The position numbers and the translations under genes are program-made. Under the pieces are notes generated by a model, which was given only the letters and a program-made list of their open reading frames with translations, did not search any database and was not told the origin of the DNA. This document shows, one piece after another, positions 47,886 through 54,310 of a stretch of DNA of 64,000 nt (position 1 is the stretch's first letter; each line of letters begins with the position of its first letter). This stretch comes from a virus (lineage: Duplodnaviria > Caudoviricetes). The stretch spans positions 1 to 64,000 of the IMG/VR virus record IMGVR_UViG_3300020431_000005; one strand, 5' to 3'.

Positions 47886-49349
47886 ATGCCTACTAGTCCC
47901 TACTTTCCAACTTACTATTCAGGACACAGTGGCGAGCAAGGTCTCGTTCAGAATCTTGTGGACGAACAAATTAAATTGTTTGGAACAGATATTTACTACA
48001 TCCCAAGAATAGTTCTACAAGATAACACTCTAGATGAAGTTAGATACTCCAAGTATCAAGAACAATTTCAGATTGAGATGATTTTACAGAACGTCATGGG
48101 ATTTGGAGACAACGCTGAGTTTATCTCCAAGTTTGGTTTGAGGATTACTGATGAGATTATCTTCCGAGTATCTACTAGGAGATGGGACGAGGAAGTAGCA
48201 GAGCACAGTCCAAGTCTTACAGTAACTTCTAGACCCAATGAAGGAGATTTACTTTACTTCCCGTTAACACAAGACATCTACGAAATTAAGTTTGTCGGAA
48301 AAGAAGAACCATTCTTCCAGTTTGGTAAGATCCAATTCTATGCTATCACTGCTGAAATCTACGAAATCGGTAGTGATGACTTTGATACTGGTGTTGAGGA
48401 GATTGATGATATCGAACAACTCTTTGATCCTGCCATCAAACTCTTTATGGATCCTGGTGGATCTGGAGACTTCCAAGTTGGTGAAGAAATTGTTGGTGAT
48501 GAATTCTTAGCGAAAGCAACCGCAACAATCGATAGTGGCGCAGTAAATTCAATTGTTCTAACTGATGGAGGTTCTCACTATAAATCAGCAACTCCCCCAT
48601 CAGTAACTATAGGTTCTCCACCCGCACCAGGATCAGTTACAAATATGCAAACATCTAACGATAATGGAGTATTTGCTACAGATTCTGGAACTGGATATTT
48701 ATCTGGAGTTACTTACAATACAACCACCATGACCAATTATGGTCCTGGAACAGGATCTGGATTAACCATCAGAATTGATAATTTATCTAGTCAAGGTGGA
48801 GTTAGGGGTTCTGGTGGACAAACAATGAGTAACATCACAATCATTAATAGTGGTAGTGGATATACAAAAGACTTGACTGGAAGTGGTGGTTCGCAAGGAT
48901 CACTTGTTCGTGTCGATGGCGGAAATGACGATTTATATCTAAGGGTAAATTATGTTTCTGTAACGTCTCCAGCAGCTGCAACTGCAAACGTTAGTAGCAC
49001 TGGTATTGTTAATGGCATCACTATCACTGATCCAGGTAGTGGTTATACTAGTGCTCCTACTGTCACCATTGATTACTCACCTAAGGATAATAGAGCAGAA
49101 GTCAAGTCTTGGGATAGCGCAACCAGAGCTCTGGAAGTATACAATAGAACAGGAACCTTTACTACTGCTGAAATAGTTACTGGACTAACCTCAGGTGCTA
49201 CCTGGTCTCCGGAGACATTTGACACTCTAAATAATACCAACAGCAACTACGATCAGAATAGACAGATCGAAGATTCTGGTGATGAGATTATTGACTGGAC
49301 TGAAGGTAATCCATTCGGTGAATTTGGTAACTTTACGGATAGCATCTAA
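47886..49349 (+). CDS. g14: neck protein gp14 with an internal insertion
   Basis: EQIKLFGTDIYYIPR, SKFGL, RPNEGDLLYFP, PFFQFGK and C-terminal GNPFG. Confidence 0.92.
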   Translation: MPTSPYFPTYYSGHSGEQGLVQNLVDEQIKLFGTDIYYIPRIVLQDNTLDEVRYSKYQEQFQIEMILQNVMGFGDNAEFISKFGLRITDEIIFRVSTRRWDEEVAEHSPSLTVTSRPNEGDLLYFPLTQDIYEIKFVGKEEPFFQFGKIQFYAITAEIYEIGSDDFDTGVEEIDDIEQLFDPAIKLFMDPGGSGDFQVGEEIVGDEFLAKATATIDSGAVNSIVLTDGGSHYKSATPPSVTIGSPPAPGSVTNMQTSNDNGVFATDSGTGYLSGVTYNTTTMTNYGPGTGSGLTIRIDNLSSQGGVRGSGGQTMSNITIINSGSGYTKDLTGSGGSQGSLVRVDGGNDDLYLRVNYVSVTSPAAATANVSSTGIVNGITITDPGSGYTSAPTVTIDYSPKDNRAEVKSWDSATRALEVYNRTGTFTTAEIVTGLTSGATWSPETFDTLNNTNSNYDQNRQIEDSGDEIIDWTEGNPFGEFGNFTDSI

Positions 49350-50149
49350 TGTTAGGATCACATTTTTACAATCAAATTGTTCGTAAGAATATTATTGCGT
49401 TTGGTACGCTCTTCAATAATATTACGATGAAGAGCAGTGATCCTAACACAGGAGAAGTTTTAGAAGAACAAAAAGTTCCTCTAGCATACGGACCCAAGCA
49501 AAAGTTTCTTGTTCGTCTAGAAGAGAATGCTGCTTCGTCTAAAGTAGCAATTACTTTGCCACGCCTCTACTTTGAGATGACAGGTGTTGAATATGATTCT
49601 TCCCGTAAGACATCACCAATTCAAAAATACAAAACAATCATTGCTGATAATGGTAATGAAGTCAAAGTGCAGTATGTTCCTGTTCCTTATAATATAAGTT
49701 TTGAACTAGGAATTATTGCTAAGTCTCAAGATGATGCACTACAAATTCTAGAGCAGATCTTGCCATACTTCCAACCATCATTTTCTGTGACTCTTAATAT
49801 GATTCCAGATATGAATGAGAAAAAAGATATTGCTATTGTATTAAACAATATTGGCAGCGAAGATGAGTGGGATGACAGTTTTCTAGAGCGTAGATACATT
49901 AACTACACTCTCAACTTCACAATGAAGTCATACCTCTACGGTCCTTACAGCACTTCCAATATTATCAGGAAGGCAATTATCCATGAAACTATTGGAGATG
50001 CTGCTGTCAATCGTAGAACTATTACACGAACATATACACCCAAAGCAGTTGTAGACATTAATACAGATGGCGTCATCGATGTAAATGATGACGCACTAGT
50101 GGATGCTGGCGATGACTTTGGATTTAATGAAGGGATTGAATTCTTATGA
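49349..50149 (+). CDS. g15: tail sheath stabilizer / tail completion protein gp15
   Basis: FGTLFNNI, VPLAYGPKQKF, LPRLYFE and QILEQILPYFQP. Confidence 0.95.
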   Translation: MLGSHFYNQIVRKNIIAFGTLFNNITMKSSDPNTGEVLEEQKVPLAYGPKQKFLVRLEENAASSKVAITLPRLYFEMTGVEYDSSRKTSPIQKYKTIIADNGNEVKVQYVPVPYNISFELGIIAKSQDDALQILEQILPYFQPSFSVTLNMIPDMNEKKDIAIVLNNIGSEDEWDDSFLERRYINYTLNFTMKSYLYGPYSTSNIIRKAIIHETIGDAAVNRRTITRTYTPKAVVDINTDGVIDVNDDALVDAGDDFGFNEGIEFL

Positions 50150-50559
50150 GTAACCTAGAAGATAACATGGAGGAAATCCTCAACATTAGTGCTGAACCTG
50201 TTGAGGAATCCAAACCATCCAAACCCCAACCACCCAAGGTTGATGCTGAAGATCGTGAGAAAGATTATAGATATACACGAACAGAATTGTACTCCCTCAT
50301 AGACAAGGGTCAGGAGGCGGTCAACGGTGCCTTAGAGGTCGCTCAGGAGTCAGGGCACCCAAGAGCGTATGAAGTCGCTGTAGCGGCAATGAAGCACGTT
50401 GCAGACATGACAGACAAACTTGCTGATCTTCATAAGAAGATGAAGGATCTTGACGAAGATAAGAAAGGTCCATCCAAAGTTACCAACAACGCTATGTTTG
50501 TAGGATCTACAGCAGAGCTTCAGAAGATGCTCAAAAATATGAGTGGAGGTAAACGCTAA
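50146..50559 (+). CDS. g16: terminase small subunit gp16
   Basis: DY.Y.R..L, HPRAYEV and FVGSTAELQKML. Confidence 0.95.
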   Translation: MSNLEDNMEEILNISAEPVEESKPSKPQPPKVDAEDREKDYRYTRTELYSLIDKGQEAVNGALEVAQESGHPRAYEVAVAAMKHVADMTDKLADLHKKMKDLDEDKKGPSKVTNNAMFVGSTAELQKMLKNMSGGKR

Positions 50560-50562
50560 ATA
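50556..50562 (+). promoter_or_regulatory. late promoter
   Basis: CTAAATA. Confidence 0.55.
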
Positions 50563-50587
50563 ATCTCGTACACCCTCGTCGGTTGTC

Positions 50588-51013
50588 ATGAGAGATTATA
50601 AAGATCTAAAAGAACTCTGTGAAGCAAAGCGCGGTCTCTACGCAAATATCCACGCAAAGCGAAAACGAGGAGAAGCACCAGCGAAGTCAGGTAGTAAGGA
50701 CTACCCCGCTAAGGATGCTTTTCAAAAGGCGGCGAGGACTGCCAAAGAAAGTTTTGAACTCACCACAGAAGCAGCCTGGACAAAAAAGTCAGGCAAAAAT
50801 AAAGAAGGAGGTCTCAATGAAAAGGGACGAAGATCTTATGAAAAGGAAAATCCAGGATCTGACCTTAAAGCACCAAGCAAGAAGGTTGGAAACCCCCGTC
50901 GCGCATCGTTCTGCGCTAGAATGAAGGGCATGAAAAAGAAGTTGACCAGTAAGAAAACTGCTAGTGATAAGGACAGCAGAATTAACAAATCATTACGTGC
51001 GTGGAATTGCTGA
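50588..51013 (+). CDS. basic protein, candidate internal head protein
   Basis: GLYANIHAKR and AW..K.GKN..GGLN.KGR...RR.SFCARM...SLR.W.C modules; CTS-like N-terminus. Confidence 0.65.
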   Translation: MRDYKDLKELCEAKRGLYANIHAKRKRGEAPAKSGSKDYPAKDAFQKAARTAKESFELTTEAAWTKKSGKNKEGGLNEKGRRSYEKENPGSDLKAPSKKVGNPRRASFCARMKGMKKKLTSKKTASDKDSRINKSLRAWNC

Positions 51014-51068
51014 CATACTTGTTAAAAGTATGTTAAAATAGAGCAATTTTACTCACACAATCTATAAT
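51010..51068 (+). promoter_or_regulatory. sigma70-like promoter region of the petE island
   Basis: CTGACA...TGtTAAAAT(51031-51039) overlapped by an 8-bp palindrome; second TATAAT at 51063-51068. Confidence 0.5.
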
Positions 51069-51092
51069 TATATCATGAGTTCTGATATGACA

Positions 51093-51242
51093 ATGCGTTT
51101 AAACGACTGCGACATCACACGCCTAATCACGGCTTGCCGTCTCTATCAAGAGAAGACAGGTTCTGAGTGGATGTGGGACGAGTATAATGATCTAATCAAT
51201 AAACTCAATACTTACAAAGAACAACATTCTGTATCAAAATGA
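51093..51242 (+). CDS. small hypothetical protein (49 aa, not in ORF track)
   Basis: MRLNDCDITRLITACRLYQEKTGSEWMWDEYNDLINKLNTYKEQHSVSK; ATGA overlap with petE; alternative starts at 51075 and 51087. Confidence 0.7.
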   Translation: MRLNDCDITRLITACRLYQEKTGSEWMWDEYNDLINKLNTYKEQHSVSK

Positions 51243-51562
51243 AAGCTCTAATCACGTTTCTGGTTGTGTTATTTTTTGCTGCTCCGGTGTGGGCAGTGGA
51301 TGTATCAATGGGTGCCGGTGGCAACCTAGTATTTGAACCTAATGAGATTACAATCTCTGCAGGAGACACAGTTCACTTCATCAATGAATCACTACCTCCT
51401 CACAATATTATTGTTGAGGCACGTCCTGATCTCTCAAGAGAAGCACTACTGTTTGCTCCAGGAGAATCACAAGATGTTGTATTTGCTGACACAGGAGACT
51501 ATAACTTCTTCTGTGGTCCTCACCAGGGCGCAGGTATGACTGGAGTTGTTCACGTAAATTAA
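51239..51562 (+). CDS. petE: plastocyanin
   Basis: signal peptide, LVFEP, PHN and YNFFCGPHQGAGM type-1 copper ligands. Confidence 0.95.
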   Translation: MKALITFLVVLFFAAPVWAVDVSMGAGGNLVFEPNEITISAGDTVHFINESLPPHNIIVEARPDLSREALLFAPGESQDVVFADTGDYNFFCGPHQGAGMTGVVHVN

Positions 51563-51567
51563 ATAAC

Positions 51568-52035
51568 ATGAAACTTGGAATGATAGGTCTTGGTAAATTG
51601 GGTGAGGGTATTTGCCGTCGCCTTATTGAATCAGGACATGAGGTTTGGGGATACCAAACCAACTACGAAAAAGCATGTGAGCAGTATGAATCAAAGTACA
51701 TTAGTGGTTGTACCACATCTATAAAGTATTTGGTTCGAGCAGTTAAATCAGATGGTCTTCAATATACTAGTGCTGGTAAAGTTCCTGGTATATTTCAACT
51801 GACAATTCCAGAAGTAAAGGTAGATAACACACTAGATGAGTTAATACCATTACTTGAGGAGGGTGATATCATTATTGATTATAGTAGTTCCGATATAGTA
51901 AAATGCATTGAACTAGAAAAATATTGTTCTAAGTTAGGTATCTCTTATATTTTTGGTGGGGTGTATGGAGCAAGTTATGCTATCTCTACATGCTCTAAAA
52001 TTTTCCAATCTTTATCACCGGGTAATATTAAATGA
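51568..52035 (+). CDS. truncated 6-phosphogluconate dehydrogenase-like protein (NAD(P)-binding domain only)
   Basis: MKLGMIGLGKLG Rossmann start, GHEVWGY, EGDIIID and GGVYG; ends at 155 aa with no catalytic C-terminal domain. Confidence 0.75.
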   Translation: MKLGMIGLGKLGEGICRRLIESGHEVWGYQTNYEKACEQYESKYISGCTTSIKYLVRAVKSDGLQYTSAGKVPGIFQLTIPEVKVDNTLDELIPLLEEGDIIIDYSSSDIVKCIELEKYCSKLGISYIFGGVYGASYAISTCSKIFQSLSPGNIK

Positions 52036-52163
52036 CCTTATCTGATGTCTTACTTTTCGGATCACTACCCTTTCTATGTGCCACCATATATTTCGGGCAC
52101 AGAAGAGGTGAAAATATCTACTATGCAAGTGACAAATATGACGGAAATGGAACAGCGCATTAG
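52032..52163 (+). CDS. ndhP: NDH-1L subunit NdhP homolog (43 aa, not in ORF track)
   Basis: MTLSDVLLFGSLPFLCATIYFGHRRGENIYYASDKYDGNGTAH: single TM helix plus the C-terminal FG...Y..D.Y.GNG.AH signature. Confidence 0.85.
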   Translation: MTLSDVLLFGSLPFLCATIYFGHRRGENIYYASDKYDGNGTAH

Positions 52164-52350
52164 GATGAGACATGCATTTGCTATGTCATCATTTGCTAGA
52201 CTGTATACACCAAATAGAATAACTTTTGAGATGAGAGCATTCTGTTTAGAGTGGTCAAAAAATGAAGAGCAACCACCCCAAGGTGATTTGTATACAGTAG
52301 ATCGCTATTTTTTAGAAATCTGGAAAGTTAAAAACGAAGCAAACAAATGA
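52138..52350 (+). CDS. conserved hypothetical protein
   Basis: MEQRIRMRHAFAMSSFAR...C.EWS...DLY.VDRYFLE.WK; start more likely 52138 or 52147 than 52045. Confidence 0.65.
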   Translation: MTEMEQRIRMRHAFAMSSFARLYTPNRITFEMRAFCLEWSKNEEQPPQGDLYTVDRYFLEIWKVKNEANK

Positions 52351-52436
52351 ACCATGCTATTTTTTATGGATTAATTTTATTTTGCTTCATAGTAGCAAGT
52401 ATCACCTTGAGCTTAGAATATGCATATACAATCTGA
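52347..52436 (+). CDS. single-TM micropeptide, NdhQ-like (29 aa)
   Basis: MNHAIFYGLILFCFIVASITLSLEYAYTI; ATGA coupling; FI...I...L..AY spacing. Confidence 0.45.
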   Translation: MNHAIFYGLILFCFIVASITLSLEYAYTI

Positions 52437-52506
52437 GTTTTTAATTATAGGATTATATTGTTTGCTTGGATTATTTTTATTCACATTATCGGTAGTATCA
52501 GAATGA
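52420..52506 (+). CDS. single-TM micropeptide (28 aa)
   Basis: MHIQSEFLIIGLYCLLGLFLFTLSVVSE; stop overlaps the next ATG. Confidence 0.45.
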   Translation: MHIQSEFLIIGLYCLLGLFLFTLSVVSE

Positions 52507-52661
52507 TGTTACAGTTTGCTAAATTTTGTGGTGTTGTATTAAACAACCCATATGGATTAGGGTTTCTCTCGACCATTCTAATTTTTGTTCCTATCATAGG
52601 AATGTGGGCAGTTCATAAATATAATTGGAAACACTGGGAACCTTTCCACAAACATGAATAA
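52503..52661 (+). CDS. small membrane protein (HWEPF motif)
   Basis: TM segment followed by GMWAVHKYNWKHWEPF. Confidence 0.7.
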   Translation: MMLQFAKFCGVVLNNPYGLGFLSTILIFVPIIGMWAVHKYNWKHWEPFHKHE

Positions 52662-52845
52662 GGAACCAGACTACAGTGTCAATTTAACAATAGAAGATAT
52701 ACGTCTTTTACATCACTGTGTAATAAAGAGAATTGAACGTTGGGAAGGTTTCCCTGCTCGACCTGCCGAAGAACAAGAACACTTATGGTTCATGAGAGAT
52801 TCTTTATACAGAATGATTTTAGATTACCAATTCCACCAACTATGA
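52654..52845 (+). CDS. hypothetical protein
   Basis: 63-aa ORF coupled to both neighbours. Confidence 0.65.
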   Translation: MNKEPDYSVNLTIEDIRLLHHCVIKRIERWEGFPARPAEEQEHLWFMRDSLYRMILDYQFHQL

Positions 52846-53018
52846 AATTTGAATTAACAATGGAGGATTACACAATCATCCTCAATGCGCTTCACTATTA
52901 TAAGAGAGTTGAGAAGAAAGGAAACTTTCAGCAATATGACAATGAGCGTATTAATAAGTTGAGAGACAAAATGGCATATCAATTAATTCCTTCATCAGAT
53001 AGTGGTAATAGATTATGA
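52842..53018 (+). CDS. hypothetical protein
   Basis: likely start ATG 52842 (MKFELTMEDY); ATGA coupling. Confidence 0.65.
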   Translation: MKFELTMEDYTIILNALHYYKRVEKKGNFQQYDNERINKLRDKMAYQLIPSSDSGNRL

Positions 53019-53095
53019 TGAGTGGAATATTTGTATTTGGATTTGTTCTGCTACTCACGATAGGAATGGAACTTACTTGGCCTGTTAAGAAATGA
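53015..53095 (+). CDS. single-TM micropeptide (26 aa)
   Basis: MMSGIFVFGFVLLLTIGMELTWPVKK; ATGA overlaps at both ends. Confidence 0.55.
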   Translation: MMSGIFVFGFVLLLTIGMELTWPVKK

Positions 53096-53301
53096 ATTTG
53101 TTATTGCGTCCTTTAGATAATGTGAATGATCCTGTATGGTCAGTGATCTTTATGGTATTCCTTGCTGTCGCAGGAGCATTCTATTGCATCTACTATATAC
53201 TAGGAATAGCATTTAAGGAATTAGAAGATGGGAGCAATGACACCACCAAGCAGGAAGAGCTGCTACAACTTCCGAGTGACGGAGATCAATCGTGTCCTTG
53301 A
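53092..53301 (+). CDS. small membrane protein
   Basis: DPVWSVIFMVFLAVAGAFYCIYYILG TM helix. Confidence 0.65.
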   Translation: MNLLLRPLDNVNDPVWSVIFMVFLAVAGAFYCIYYILGIAFKELEDGSNDTTKQEELLQLPSDGDQSCP

Positions 53302-53689
53302 TGGTGATACTATTGACGTTACTATCGACCTCGGGTTTGATCTATACAAGAAAGAAAGAGTTAGAGTTGCAGGAGTTGATACGCCAGAGAAGAGAACGAG
53401 AAATCTAGAGGAGAAAGCCCTTGGAATCGACGCAACAAACTGGCTCAAAGAAAAACTCGAAGGCACGTTGGCTGGTGATGATGAGTTGTCTGTTAGGACT
53501 GAACTTGTTGGTGGGACTGGGAAATATGGCCGTCTTCTGGGTTGGCTTTACATCGGGGATAGCAGCGTGTCCCTTAACGAGCAAATGATTACTGAAGGTT
53601 ATGCTCATGCCTATGATGGAGGCACTAAAGATATGAACCTAGAAGCACTGAAAGAAATTCGCCGTGAGCATGGAACACTAGTAGAATGA
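53228..53689 (+). CDS. SNase/thermonuclease-family nuclease
   Basis: VLDGDTID, RVRVAGVDTPE, GKYGRLLG and NEQMITEGYA. Confidence 0.9.
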   Translation: MGAMTPPSRKSCYNFRVTEINRVLDGDTIDVTIDLGFDLYKKERVRVAGVDTPEKRTRNLEEKALGIDATNWLKEKLEGTLAGDDELSVRTELVGGTGKYGRLLGWLYIGDSSVSLNEQMITEGYAHAYDGGTKDMNLEALKEIRREHGTLVE

Positions 53690-53775
53690 GTGTAAACCAA
53701 CACTTATAAAAATGTAGCCAAACGATACAATATTTTTCACTACATACACTATAATGTTTGTAGTGGAACAATATT

Positions 53776-53997
53776 ATGCTTGGCATATATGTAATCATCA
53801 CTCTCATTGTCCTCATGGTAGCGTATGCTGGCATGGAAGAAACTGTGCAGTTATTTGCTTACGTAGATCTTATGATTCGATGGCAATGGGTTCAGTTTAG
53901 AATGTTTATGATGAGACGTAAATTAGAACAACAACTTATAAAGGATCTACCCAACTTCAACAAACTCGCAAAGGAATTAAAAGATGACCAACGATAA
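53776..53997 (+). CDS. small membrane protein
   Basis: N-terminal hydrophobic helix and basic C-terminal part. Confidence 0.65.
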   Translation: MLGIYVIITLIVLMVAYAGMEETVQLFAYVDLMIRWQWVQFRMFMMRRKLEQQLIKDLPNFNKLAKELKDDQR

Positions 53998-54283
53998 GGA
54001 ACTGTCAGATCTCAGACTTGAGAGAAAAGAATGTCCTAAATGTGGTGCTACTTGGATCAACGGTAAGCATGTGTTTAGAGGCACAGCTGCGTCATATGAC
54101 AAGAGTGAATTAGACCTTGCTGGTCTTGTTTGTAATAAACTAGGTAACGAGGAATGTATCAACCCATCAAAAGGAAAAGAGGGTGGAACTACTTGGGAAT
54201 ACCGTTCTGGATATATTGATGGCGTTCATGCCACAAAGAAAAAAGAAATGGAGGACTTGCGCGATCAATTTGGAGATCTATAA
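53984..54283 (+). CDS. Cys-rich conserved hypothetical protein
   Basis: CPKCGATWING...LAGLVCNK...CINP. Confidence 0.7.
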   Translation: MTNDKELSDLRLERKECPKCGATWINGKHVFRGTAASYDKSELDLAGLVCNKLGNEECINPSKGKEGGTTWEYRSGYIDGVHATKKKEMEDLRDQFGDL

Positions 54284-54286
54284 ATA
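54279..54286 (+). promoter_or_regulatory. T4 late promoter
   Basis: TATAAATA upstream of gp17. Confidence 0.8.
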
Positions 54287-54310
54287 CTAGTGGTGAACTA
54301 GGTTTTTGTT

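Noticed and set aside
51021-51040. Pho box
   Set aside because: The 11-nt periodicity is present, but the match to PyTTAAPyPy is poor and no phosphate gene follows
52045-52137. N-terminal extension of ORF 52045-52350
   Set aside because: Overlaps the recognisable ndhP frame; the real start is probably 52138 or 52147
52654-52845. NblA homolog
   Set aside because: Lacks the LSLEQ-F signature; the similarity is only generic
53713-53729. NtcA box (TGTA...TACA) 21 nt upstream of TATAAT
   Set aside because: Spacer is GTA-N9-TAC rather than the canonical N8; only a near miss
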